Below, in pieces: positions 29,777 to 38,851 of a DNA stretch of 64,000 nt (position 1 is its first letter; each line of letters opens with the position of its first letter). The DNA is from Bacteriovoracaceae bacterium (GTDB lineage Bacteria; Bdellovibrionota; Bacteriovoracia; Bacteriovoracales; Bacteriovoracaceae). The DNA is taken from contig JBLWTJ010000001.1 of assembly GCA_048270185.1 (NCBI GenBank), forward strand, positions 736,001-800,000, written 5' to 3'. The notes below the pieces were generated by a model, which was given only the letters and a program-made list of their open reading frames with translations, did not search any database and was not told where the DNA came from. The position numbers and the translations under genes are program-made.

Positions 29777-30199
29777 TTCTAAACTGACAACTTTATGTAG
29801 GTCTGTCTGAGCATCAGTTATTGTGATTTCTTTGTCTGTGATATCCCATTTTGGATTTGTCACCTTCTTACCTTGTTGAGAACGGTACTTATAAGGATAG
29901 TCTCCAATAAATTTATTATTCTTTTTATTAAAGATTATCGCATAATAGATATCAATCATATGATAAGTTCCTGCGGCTCCACTATAGTAGATGATTAACT
30001 CATAATCATTTCCAACAGGCCTTACTTCGGTAACTTTATTCTCTCCAGTACGTTTTGTGATAACGGCCTTAAGATCTTTATTAGACTTTGAACTAAGCCA
30101 ACTCTTTCCATCAATATTAATAATCGTCCAATCACTAACCTTAGTAGCAAAGACAGAACTAAAAAAAAGAATGGAAGTTAATAATATTATTTTCTTCAT
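29768..30199 (-). CDS. Small secreted hypothetical protein coupled to the upstream wall hydrolase
   Basis: Signal peptide MKKIILLTSILFFSSVFA; 4-nt overlap with the upstream stop. Confidence 0.75.
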   Translation of the reverse strand: MKKIILLTSILFFSSVFATKVSDWTIINIDGKSWLSSKSNKDLKAVITKRTGENKVTEVRPVGNDYELIIYYSGAAGTYHMIDIYYAIIFNKKNNKFIGDYPYKYRSQQGKKVTNPKWDITDKEITITDAQTDLHKVVSLESN

Positions 30200-31512
30200 G
30201 ATTTAAATGGAGTCTTTACTGACCAGTACCAATCATCAGTACCTTCAGAAATCTTCCCCTTTGTATCAATTGGTTTATAAAAAATATGTCGTTGACGTCG
30301 CCAGTTCTTAGCTATTTGAGCACGTCCGCTAGAAGTATCTTCATCATACTTTGGATCAGGTTGTCTTAGCTTCTCACCTGATACTTCAACATTAAGTTCA
30401 AGTTTACTTTGATTAGCACGAAAGCCTTTCCCCCACGCTCCATCTGTTGGTAACATCCAATTGGCATGATAGTGATAGACATGATCAACATCTGGACGTG
30501 GCTTAAACTCTGCCGTACGGTATTTCATATAGGCATCAATGGCCGTTTTAAATTCTTGCTTTCGGCCAGGATACATCATCTGCTTCCAATTATCTTCGTC
30601 ATGGTTATACATTGAAAATTGAAGTGGATCCAAGGCAATATCCAATGCAGTGATATCTGACTTCTTATTTGAACGCTCGGCATCTTCATGCTTATTGCGA
30701 ACACGATTATTAATAACCTTCATAATCATCATCATTTCTTCTGGATGCTTTTCTGCCGAATCATTTCGATCCTGAACTAGAATCCCCGCCTCTCCTTGAG
30801 AAGTAAAAATCATGGCCGCAAAGTGCTGCTCTTCAGGACGAAGGTACTTGTAAAGATTCCTAAAAATCTCTCCTCGACTTGTTAATGTCCCTTGGCGAGT
30901 AATTGAGTTTTGAATACTTTGAATACATTTTCCAAGCTTAGTACTTGTTTCAATATCTTCACTTTCAAAAGTATTTCTGTTGGCCAAAACTTCACAGCCG
31001 ACTTTCCATTCTTGCTTATTAGTATTAATAGCATCTGGTTTACTCTCAAAGAACTCTTCAACAAAAACCGGACGAGGCTTTGGTCTTGGACTTGTTTGCG
31101 GTGCACTTGATGTCGTATCGTGACAAGGCTCAGTTGGAGGGTTTCCAATTGTATCGACTGTTTGATTAAGACGAATAAAATTATAAGCTGCTGAAGTATT
31201 TAAAGCATTTTTAAGAAAGTTCTTAGCAACCATATATTCAATATCATCTTCAATTCCATCGGTTTCAATCTTCACACGATAGGCCCAACTATTTTGACCA
31301 ACAATTCGAACCTTCACAGAGTGGCCACTATCACCAATTTTTGGAGGTTCAATCTTTTTTGTAAATCCAGTTTCAGGATCGAGGGCATCAAAGGAGCGCA
31401 CAACATCAAATTGAACATTATTTAAGTCAGTCTTGTAAGAATCTACTTCTAATGAGAAGGCCATACCTTGAATTAGGCATATAAAGACAAAATAAAATAC
31501 CTGCTTTCTCAT
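30196..31512 (-). CDS. Secreted cell wall hydrolase (SleB/Hydrolase_2-like lytic transglycosylase domain)
   Basis: Signal peptide; SQGEAG, VINNRV, LQFSMYN and YHYHANW follow the Hydrolase_2 motif order. Confidence 0.7.
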   Translation of the reverse strand: MRKQVFYFVFICLIQGMAFSLEVDSYKTDLNNVQFDVVRSFDALDPETGFTKKIEPPKIGDSGHSVKVRIVGQNSWAYRVKIETDGIEDDIEYMVAKNFLKNALNTSAAYNFIRLNQTVDTIGNPPTEPCHDTTSSAPQTSPRPKPRPVFVEEFFESKPDAINTNKQEWKVGCEVLANRNTFESEDIETSTKLGKCIQSIQNSITRQGTLTSRGEIFRNLYKYLRPEEQHFAAMIFTSQGEAGILVQDRNDSAEKHPEEMMMIMKVINNRVRNKHEDAERSNKKSDITALDIALDPLQFSMYNHDEDNWKQMMYPGRKQEFKTAIDAYMKYRTAEFKPRPDVDHVYHYHANWMLPTDGAWGKGFRANQSKLELNVEVSGEKLRQPDPKYDEDTSSGRAQIAKNWRRQRHIFYKPIDTKGKISEGTDDWYWSVKTPFKS

Positions 31513-31624
31513 CAACTCTCCTCACAAGTGCTGTGTGCAACAGAAACCATTGTAACACGACGCCCATAAGACAGTGAAATATGAGCGAAATCTGCCGAAT
31601 ATGACAAATTTCGCTAGCAATTTT

Positions 31625-32938
31625 TTATGGCATTATTTTTTCGAGATCCCTCTTAGAAGTTAGGCCATATTTAAGAAAATAGACTAAATCACTTTTTTGA
31701 GAATTATTGATTTGAATTCGCTGCTCTTTTAGAATCGGATGGGCCGCATCCTTCTTCTTAAAGATCATATAATTATTTGTTTCGACAAAGAGATTTCTTC
31801 CAAAATTCTTATTAAACGTATTTAAAAGCCAAGAGCTATCGTAATTATCAATTGCCTTGATACCAGAGCGGTAATGTTCAACAACATCTTCTAATGTTCC
31901 ATAGGCTCCTGAGTGAAAGTATGGAGCAGTTAAGGCAATATTCCTTAAAGGTGGAATTCTAAATTTATATCGATCATATTCGTGACCAGTGATTAAGAAA
32001 CGCCCTTCATCGTTCTTTCTTGGATCATTCTTTCCGGGACCAATTTGTGGTGTGGCCACTGCAGCAAATCCACGTCCACCTAAGAGAGTCCCCGCGTGAC
32101 ATGAATTACATTGACCAGTCTCAAAATAAACAACTGCTCCACGCTTGGCCTTTTGATTAAGAGCGAATCGATTTCCTCTTAAGTAGTCATCCCAAGCAGT
32201 ATCATAGACTGCAAACTCATGAGTTTCAAAGTGAGCTATGGCCTGTCCAAAGTGACCAATATTAAGTTCATTCTTTTGAGTTCTTGGAAAAGCTTCTTTA
32301 AATAGTTTTTGATACTTAGGCATTGCCATCAGTCTTTTCATGACAATTTCCCAAACTGCTTCTTCATTAACAGCATTGGCAATTTCGTTACTTCCCTTTA
32401 CTCCTCTCATTTCTTCATGAGATGTAATTGGAAAAAGGGCCTGGGCCGCAAGAGCACTTCCTAGATTTTCAGTAATATCCCACCTTTCAGGGTAGTCACC
32501 ATTTAAAGCTTCAACTGGCGTTGTGTAAACATCCCAATCCTTGCGGTAATGAACACGGCCATCCCAAAAGAGATGTTCCATATTCTTGTGACCTAGATTA
32601 TAAAGAGGTTGAGAGTTACGAGGGATGACATGGCCCTTAGCAATCATTCTCTCCTTGCCTTCCCACTTTCCACCTTCACCAATTCCTACAGGAAGCCTGT
32701 CTCCACTACCAAATTCTGGCATGTGACAGTCGGCACAAGTAATATTACGGTTTCCAGAAATTTCCTTTTCATTGAAAAGTTCTTTTCCAAGTCTAAAAAG
32801 ACTTTCATTCTTACCAGTAGGCTTATTAACCGATTCCATCATAAAGCGCTGAGTGTATTTTTTTAATTTTTCATCGAGCTGATCAGCACGTACGATAAAC
32901 GCACTGGCACATATTGTGAGGATAAGTAGATTCTTCAT
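31625..32938 (-). CDS. Di-heme cytochrome c peroxidase/MauG-family protein
   Basis: Signal peptide; CADCH and CNSCH; RNSQPLYN, LFWDGR, FRIPPLRNIALTAPYFHSG. Confidence 0.92.
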   Translation of the reverse strand: MKNLLILTICASAFIVRADQLDEKLKKYTQRFMMESVNKPTGKNESLFRLGKELFNEKEISGNRNITCADCHMPEFGSGDRLPVGIGEGGKWEGKERMIAKGHVIPRNSQPLYNLGHKNMEHLFWDGRVHYRKDWDVYTTPVEALNGDYPERWDITENLGSALAAQALFPITSHEEMRGVKGSNEIANAVNEEAVWEIVMKRLMAMPKYQKLFKEAFPRTQKNELNIGHFGQAIAHFETHEFAVYDTAWDDYLRGNRFALNQKAKRGAVVYFETGQCNSCHAGTLLGGRGFAAVATPQIGPGKNDPRKNDEGRFLITGHEYDRYKFRIPPLRNIALTAPYFHSGAYGTLEDVVEHYRSGIKAIDNYDSSWLLNTFNKNFGRNLFVETNNYMIFKKKDAAHPILKEQRIQINNSQKSDLVYFLKYGLTSKRDLEKIMP

Positions 32939-32994
32939 ATTGTGTGTGTTCCATAAATTGTGTTACGGAATACTAGGAAGAAAAGTTTGAGTCG

Positions 32995-33735
32995 TCAAAC
33001 TAAATTCTTATAAAGAACAAATATTGCCATCACAATGAGGAAATAACCAAAGGCCTTCTTTAACTTCTGCTGACTTATGTAAGCCACGAGTTTTGTACCA
33101 ATAATAATCCCCACACTTGCAAGAGCGATGAAAGTCGCTAAGAAGCCCCATGGAATAACTAATGTTCCGATATAGCCAGTAAATCCAGTAAGTGAGCTAA
33201 GTGATATAACAGCAAGTGAAGTTCCCACGGCCTGCTTCATTGGAAGTCTTGCGAGTATAACTAAGGCCGGAACAATGAGAAATCCTCCACCGACACCAAC
33301 AATACCTGAAATCATCCCAACCGCAAGTCCACTAAGTCCCAGGGCAATGATACTTGCGCTCTCCTCTTCATCGGCCTCTTCAGATTCCTTTCTTCCCTTG
33401 ATCATAATCACAGAAGAAGACAACATAATGATACCAAAGATAATGAGCTGAATATTAGCAGGGATAAAGGCTGCAACCTTGGCCCCTAAAAATGCACCAA
33501 GCATTGTGATCGGAGCAAAAACTCGAATCGTTTTAAAACTCACATTTCCATTTCTAAAGTGAGTAAAGACTCCAACTAAAGAAGTTGTTCCAACAATTGC
33601 TAAACTTAGAGCAATGGAAGTCTTAGGGTCCATCTTTAAGAGGTAAACTAAAACTGGAACTGTTAAGATAGAGCCTCCTCCACCGAGAAGGCCAAGACTT
33701 GCTCCAATTAGAATGGCAATAAGATAACCGATCAT
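32995..33735 (-). CDS. Sulfite exporter TauE/SafE family protein
   Basis: GLLGGGGSILTVP, GIVGVGGGFLIVPAL, AVGTSL. Confidence 0.92.
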   Translation of the reverse strand: MIGYLIAILIGASLGLLGGGGSILTVPVLVYLLKMDPKTSIALSLAIVGTTSLVGVFTHFRNGNVSFKTIRVFAPITMLGAFLGAKVAAFIPANIQLIIFGIIMLSSSVIMIKGRKESEEADEEESASIIALGLSGLAVGMISGIVGVGGGFLIVPALVILARLPMKQAVGTSLAVISLSSLTGFTGYIGTLVIPWGFLATFIALASVGIIIGTKLVAYISQQKLKKAFGYFLIVMAIFVLYKNLV

Positions 33736-34199
33736 AGTGATGCCTCAACTTTTTCATAAAGCGGAAAGACTTCTGGTGAAACTTTCTTAGAAAACTCCAA
33801 AACGCGCGCCTTAGGGTGACCACAAATATGATAGAGCATTAAAGTTAATACTGCTGTGACACGATTTCCTGAGCCACAGTAAACGAGAATATTTCCACCG
33901 GCTTCATCAATGATCTTTTTTAGTTTCATTAGATAATCGTGATCAACACTATCAAGCTGACAAGTTGGCATCGCATGATACTCGACACCTAGCTTTGAAA
34001 AAAGGGCCTCTTCATCAAAAGTATTCTCTGTTGGCTCTTTAAGATCAACTGCAACAGTGATTCCATTTTCATCGATAAAGTTTTGAGAAAGCTCTTCATT
34101 TATACGCGAGGCTATAAAGACATTATCAACCCTTGATAAGTGAGAGAACTCATCTGTTCCAAGTTTCTTATCAAAATTTGTTAAATCTAAACATTTCAT
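33732..34199 (-). CDS. DUF442/PTP-like putative sulfurtransferase
   Basis: VYCGSGNRV CX4R loop; inside a sulfur gene cluster. Confidence 0.65.
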   Translation of the reverse strand: MKCLDLTNFDKKLGTDEFSHLSRVDNVFIASRINEELSQNFIDENGITVAVDLKEPTENTFDEEALFSKLGVEYHAMPTCQLDSVDHDYLMKLKKIIDEAGGNILVYCGSGNRVTAVLTLMLYHICGHPKARVLEFSKKVSPEVFPLYEKVEASL

Positions 34200-34201
34200 T
34201 A

Positions 34202-34618
34202 TTAGCTCCAGTGCTTACTAAGTGACTTAAAGATCACCATTCCCACAAGCATACTTCCAACAAAGACAAAGGCCTTTGGATCAAAAAGAGAAAGATTTAC
34301 AATCCCAGGACCAGGACAGATTCCAGCAATCCCCCAACCGATACCAAATAAACTTGATCCAATAATAAGCTTTTTATCGATCACACGATTTGTTGGAATA
34401 TCAAATTCTGTGTGACAAATTGGTTTTGGTCTCTTCTTAATAAATGCGAAAGACACAAGATTAAAGGCAACCGCCCCACCCATCACAAAAACAAGTGCAG
34501 GATCCCAGCTTCCAAAGATATCGAGAAAGCCAATTACTTTATCAGGATTCGTCATGCCGGAGATCACAAGACCAACAGCAAAGATAATTCCTACAACAAA
34601 ACCAACTAAACCCTTCAT
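34202..34618 (-). CDS. YeeE/YedE sulfur transport protein, C-terminal half (PmpB-like)
   Basis: [33 protein letters not shown]. Confidence 0.9.
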   Translation of the reverse strand: MKGLVGFVVGIIFAVGLVISGMTNPDKVIGFLDIFGSWDPALVFVMGGAVAFNLVSFAFIKKRPKPICHTEFDIPTNRVIDKKLIIGSSLFGIGWGIAGICPGPGIVNLSLFDPKAFVFVGSMLVGMVIFKSLSKHWS

Positions 34619-35025
34619 AGTAGACTCCTAATTAAAACAGTAATAACCCCAGCACCAATGAAGGTACAAGTTGCAATAATTGAACGAGGCGAAAGTCTTG
34701 GAATTCCGCAAACTCCATGGCCACTCGTACAACCACTACCAAGTAAAGTTCCAAACCCCACAAATAATCCAGCAAGAACTGCTTCAAGGTATGAGAATTT
34801 AAATTGGTAATTAAAATACTGAGGTGAATTCATTTGCATGAAAAAACCACCAGCGATTAATCCAATTATGAATGTATAACGCCAACTGTGTTCTGTGCTA
34901 AAAGCTCCTAAAACATTCTTTACGATGCCGCTAATTCCTGCAATCTTACCATTAAAAAGTAACATCAACGTTGCGGCCAAACCGATTGTCACACCACCTA
35001 AAAGTGGTAGTAGATATTGTTCCAT
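34615..35025 (-). CDS. YeeE/YedE sulfur transport protein, N-terminal half (PmpA-like)
   Basis: [20 protein letters not shown]...SPRS. Confidence 0.9.
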   Translation of the reverse strand: MEQYLLPLLGGVTIGLAATLMLLFNGKIAGISGIVKNVLGAFSTEHSWRYTFIIGLIAGGFFMQMNSPQYFNYQFKFSYLEAVLAGLFVGFGTLLGSGCTSGHGVCGIPRLSPRSIIATCTFIGAGVITVLIRSLL

Positions 35026-35028
35026 TAA

Positions 35029-35901
35029 TTACTCCTTAATCCTTAAAGGTATTTTTAAATAAGAGACATTATTATCTTCGGCCTTTGGTAAAATACCGGC
35101 GTCAATATTCACCTGAATACTTGGCAGAAGAAGTTTCGGTGCAGCTAAAGTCGCATCTCGATCATTTCTAAACTTGATAAATTCTTCTCTTGAAGTATTG
35201 GCCTTAAGTTGAATATTTTGTGCCTTACTTTCTGCGACTGTTGTTTGAAACTTAAGCTCACGTCCATTTGGTTGATAGTCGTGGCCTACAAAAATCTTAG
35301 TGTCATCAGATAGTTTATAAATTTTTTCTACAACTGAGTCATAAAGATCACTTGAGCTTCCCTTTGGAAAGTCACAGCGACCTGTTCCTGAATCAGGCAT
35401 GAAAAGTAAGTCCCCTGTAAACACATTGTCACCAATTAGAAATGAAGTACAGGCCGGAGTGTGTCCCGGAGTATGGATAACTTTCACCTCAAGACTTCCC
35501 GCTTTAATGACTTGATTGTCTTCTAAGAGCTCATCAAATTGAATACCATTAGTGTTTAATTCTTTTAAGTTAAAGACTTCACTGAACACACTTTGAACTT
35601 CAGTGATCTTTGAGTTGATGGCAATCTTTGCTCCAGCTAGCTCATCTTTTAAAATTTGAGCACCTGTTAAGTGGTCTGCGTGAGCATGAGTTTCAAGAAT
35701 ATATGAAACCTTAAGCTCCTTACCTTTTACAAACTCTAAAACCTTCTTGGCCGAAGTATTTGTGATGGCACCACTAGCAGCATCAAAGTCTAGTACTGAG
35801 TCGATGATCACAGCGTCTTTAGTCTTATCATCATAAACAATATATGTTAGCGTATTAGTGACTTCGTCATAGAAGCTTTCAATATTTACGTTATTATTCA
35901 T
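35029..35901 (-). CDS. Persulfide dioxygenase-like MBL-fold protein (ETHE1/Blh type)
   Basis: ETHAHADHL, HTPGHTPAC, FMPDSGTGRCDFP, GHDY, PKLLLPSIQVN. Confidence 0.9.
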   Translation of the reverse strand: MNNNVNIESFYDEVTNTLTYIVYDDKTKDAVIIDSVLDFDAASGAITNTSAKKVLEFVKGKELKVSYILETHAHADHLTGAQILKDELAGAKIAINSKITEVQSVFSEVFNLKELNTNGIQFDELLEDNQVIKAGSLEVKVIHTPGHTPACTSFLIGDNVFTGDLLFMPDSGTGRCDFPKGSSSDLYDSVVEKIYKLSDDTKIFVGHDYQPNGRELKFQTTVAESKAQNIQLKANTSREEFIKFRNDRDATLAAPKLLLPSIQVNIDAGILPKAEDNNVSYLKIPLRIKE

Positions 35902-35928
35902 AATAAACCTCCAGTTATTTATGAATTA

Positions 35929-35970
35929 AGTATAAACAATGAAAGGCCTCTAAACTTTGATGGGGCCCAT
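35929..35970 (-). promoter_or_regulatory. Putative class II Crp/Fnr-activated promoter of the sulfur operon
   Basis: -10 TATACT at 35929-35934; partial FNR-like box TTGAT-GGGG-CCCAT at 35957-35970, centred about 41.5 bp upstream of the inferred TSS. Confidence 0.45.
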
Positions 35971-36002
35971 ACTTTTACTAAAAATTTAACAGGTAGAAAT
36001 TG

Positions 36003-36614
36003 ATGTTTTATCAACAACTTAGGCCATATCTTTCGAACACTAGCGTCAAAAAGCTTAAATTAAAGCGTGGTCAAATTATCTACCATCAAGGCGATGACCC
36101 CAAGGAATTATTCCTCGTGGATAGTGGTGTTATTGGCCTCTTTCATATTTCAGAAAACGGAAAGGAAACCTTTCTGCGTGTCTTTAATAAAGACTGTATT
36201 TTTGGCCATCGTTCATTTTTTGCCGAAAGTCCATATCACGCAACTTCCATTGCCCTGACAGAATGCGAGATCAGCGTCATTTCAAAAGATGCCTGTGATG
36301 AAATCTGTGCAAAGGAGCCAGGCCTTTTAAAGATGCTCACAAAATCAATTGCCAAGAACCTTGCAGATGCCGAGCTAAGACTTGCCGGCCTGCTTGATAA
36401 GTCGGCCAATCAGAGGATTGTAGAGTCTCTTATTTTCTTCAAACTAAAGTATCCAGAAAAAGTTTGGACGCGAAAAGAGATCGCCGACTTTTGCGGCAGT
36501 ACTTACGAGACTGTCACAAGAGTTATGACTGAGCTAAATGAAAACGGCCTCATTAGAAAACAAGGCCGTGACTTTGATATTTTAAATATTGAAGCTTTAC
36601 TAAAGTACTATTAA
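36003..36614 (+). CDS. Crp/Fnr family transcriptional regulator
   Basis: IYHQGD...SENGKE effector domain; C-terminal HTH TRKEIADFCGSTYETVTRV. Confidence 0.92.
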   Translation: MFYQQLRPYLSNTSVKKLKLKRGQIIYHQGDDPKELFLVDSGVIGLFHISENGKETFLRVFNKDCIFGHRSFFAESPYHATSIALTECEISVISKDACDEICAKEPGLLKMLTKSIAKNLADAELRLAGLLDKSANQRIVESLIFFKLKYPEKVWTRKEIADFCGSTYETVTRVMTELNENGLIRKQGRDFDILNIEALLKYY

Positions 36615-37771
36615 ATTGCTTCTTGTGGCCCAAAAAATTCAATATTAATTGAAGATTCTGCAACACCTAATTCTATTAGGTGTTTTTTCATGGCTTGCAT
36701 GAATGCTTTAGGCCCACAAATGTAGATTTCACTGTTATCTTTTAATAAATCAGAAAGAAACGATTTCTCGATACGTCCTCTGTACTCATTGGCCAAGAGG
36801 ATCTCATCACTATTTTCATAGAAATAATTAATTTCAATATTTTCATTATTCTCTGATAAATTATTAAGTTCATTTTTAAATGCCACTTCATTCTTAGATT
36901 TTGTAGCATAAACAAATTTAGCATTCGTTTCTGGATTGATGGCATTTAGCATACTTAATAATGGAGTGATTCCAATACCACCGGCCAAGAAAAGACAATT
37001 TTGAGACATGCCTTTATAAGTGAATACACCTGATGGTGCAGCAAGTTCAACTTCATCTCCAACGCTAATTTGGTCATGAAGAAAATTCGATACATGGCCA
37101 TTTGGTTTACCTAATGCGCGTTTAACGCTAATACGTAAGAAATTTGAATCGCCAAAATTTGAAAGGCTATAATTACGCATTGTCGTACTATTCTCAAGAG
37201 GGACTCTCACAGTTGTAAATTGACCTGCATTAAATTTTGGAATTATCGATCCATCTATAGGAACTAAATGAAAGGACTTAATCAATTCATTCTCGTCAAC
37301 GATATTAGTAACTTTAAATTTTTTAAATCCTTTATATGCTTGTTCTTCATAGATTTTCTTTTCTGCATCAATAAAGATATCAGCAAGGAAAAAATATGCA
37401 TCTTTCCAAGCATTAATAATTTCATCAGTAGCCGTATCACCAAGAACATCTTTAATAGCACCAAGTAAATTTACGCCTACTATAGGGTAATGCTCTGGCA
37501 TTACCTTTAAAGAAGCATGCTTATGTGTAATTAATTCAACGGCCTCACCAAGCGCACCGAGGTTATCAATATTCATAGCATAGGCGCAAATCGCTCCAGC
37601 AAGGGCCTCTTGTTGTGAACCTTTAGCCTGATTTGCAAGATTGAAGTATGGAAGAACTTCCGGATTATTTTCGAACATTTTCTTATAGAAATGCTTAGTT
37701 AAAACTACTCCATTCTCCTGTAAGACAGGTGCAGTGGACTTAATGATATTAATCGTATCTTGAGACAACAT
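36611..37771 (-). CDS. hmp: Flavohemoglobin (NO dioxygenase)
   Basis: Globin MLSQDTINIIKSTAP...KHASL...HYPIVG; RNYSLS; AGGIGITP; CGP; EFFGP. ATG 37771 with AAGGAG SD. Confidence 0.96.
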   Translation of the reverse strand: MLSQDTINIIKSTAPVLQENGVVLTKHFYKKMFENNPEVLPYFNLANQAKGSQQEALAGAICAYAMNIDNLGALGEAVELITHKHASLKVMPEHYPIVGVNLLGAIKDVLGDTATDEIINAWKDAYFFLADIFIDAEKKIYEEQAYKGFKKFKVTNIVDENELIKSFHLVPIDGSIIPKFNAGQFTTVRVPLENSTTMRNYSLSNFGDSNFLRISVKRALGKPNGHVSNFLHDQISVGDEVELAAPSGVFTYKGMSQNCLFLAGGIGITPLLSMLNAINPETNAKFVYATKSKNEVAFKNELNNLSENNENIEINYFYENSDEILLANEYRGRIEKSFLSDLLKDNSEIYICGPKAFMQAMKKHLIELGVAESSINIEFFGPQEAI

Positions 37772-37789
37772 AGAGAACTCCTTAGTCAA

Positions 37790-37812
37790 AACATGTATTT
37801 AAAATACATATT
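37790..37812. promoter_or_regulatory. NsrR operator
   Basis: AACATGTATTT-A-AAATACATATT, an 11-1-11 inverted repeat matching the NsrR consensus; weaker second site at 37843-37865. Confidence 0.85.
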
Positions 37813-37913
37813 TAAGTTTCTTTCAAATATTCGTCAACCTTAAATATGTATTTTATATATGTATTTATAGTTTTTTAAACAAATCCAGCCAGATATATGA
37901 TATTAATAATTTC

Positions 37914-38351
37914 ATGAAACTAACTTCATATACAGACTACTCCATTCGCGTTCTTATGTTTCTGGCCCTAAAGCAATCTGGTAATACTGATTTAATCACG
38001 TCGAATGATATTTCTGAAGTTTATGGTATTTCACGAAATCATCTATCTAAAATAATTCATCAACTTTCAAAACTTGGTTATATCGAAAGCTTCAAGGGAG
38101 CATCTGGTGGTATTCGGCTTATTGAAAAACCAAAGAATATCAATTTAGGAAAATTAATAAGAGAGATGGAGAATGATTTTCACATCGTTGAATGCTTTAA
38201 TAAGGACGCTAAAACGGCCTGCCGAATATCACCAAGCTGTAAACTTAAATCAATAATCAATGAATCACTCAATCAATTCCTAAACAATCTTTCACGCTAC
38301 AGTTTAGCAGACATAATTGAAAATCGAATAGAGCTGTTAAACGATTTATAA
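37914..38351 (+). CDS. nsrR: Rrf2 family NO-sensing repressor NsrR
   Basis: MKLTSYTDYSIRVLMFL, ISRNHLSKI, three-Cys motif VECF...CRISPSC; divergent from hmp. Confidence 0.92.
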   Translation: MKLTSYTDYSIRVLMFLALKQSGNTDLITSNDISEVYGISRNHLSKIIHQLSKLGYIESFKGASGGIRLIEKPKNINLGKLIREMENDFHIVECFNKDAKTACRISPSCKLKSIINESLNQFLNNLSRYSLADIIENRIELLNDL

Positions 38352-38577
38352 AAGGTACGCGACACCTTTATACAATTCTAACTACTTAAAGTTTTAAAAT
38401 TGCACCACGAATCTAAAGAGTTGCCTTATTATTAGGCTTGGTTAAGATATTAAGTCGAAATAATTAGTGAAACTAATAAATTCAAAAAAGTTGAAACCTT
38501 TCGGATAAAATTATCATTTAAATAAGAAAATTAGCCAGCTAAAAGGCTGAAATTGCATAAAGGTGTCGCGTACTTTA
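38351..38577. repeat. Inverted pair of REP-like palindromic units (REPIN/MITE-like)
   Basis: GTACGCGACACCTTTATACAATT (38355-38377) and its reverse complement with one mismatch (38551-38573). Confidence 0.7.
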
Positions 38578-38733
38578 TTGAAGATCACTAAGTTCACTTC
38601 GTGAACTGTCGCTGGTTGGGTTTAAGTTTATTAAGGGGATTTACTGGATTGCTTAGTTTCTTCACCTGACCTCCCATACTGGTCGGTCGGCGTTGTTCAG
38701 CGTCATTTTGCCATCGTGGCAAATGCCGCTTCC

Positions 38734-38763
38734 AAAAAAAAAGCCGGTTCAGTGAACCGGCTT
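38734..38763 (-). terminator. Intrinsic terminator of the candidate sRNA
   Basis: AAGCCGGTTC-ACT-GAACCGGCTT plus a T run on the minus strand. Confidence 0.85.
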
Positions 38764-38826
38764 CTTAAAGAGAGACATTTTTGACGGAGTGAAAAAATCC
38801 TTTCTTCTGCTCCAACACACACACGT
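38734..38826 (-). ncRNA. Candidate sigma54-dependent small RNA (~90 nt)
   Basis: Bounded by a consensus sigma54 promoter and a 10-bp-stem terminator with U9; no credible ORF. Confidence 0.65.
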
Positions 38827-38835
38827 TTATATATA

Positions 38836-38851
38836 AGCAAGGCCCGTGCCA
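38836..38851 (-). promoter_or_regulatory. sigma54 -24/-12 promoter
   Basis: TGGCAC-GGGCC-TTGCT. Confidence 0.85.

Noticed and set aside
38752..38778. 9-codon ORF MSLFKKPVH inside the candidate sRNA
   Set aside because: The nearest AGGA is ~20 nt upstream and the ORF runs into the terminator stem; a leader-peptide role cannot be fully excluded
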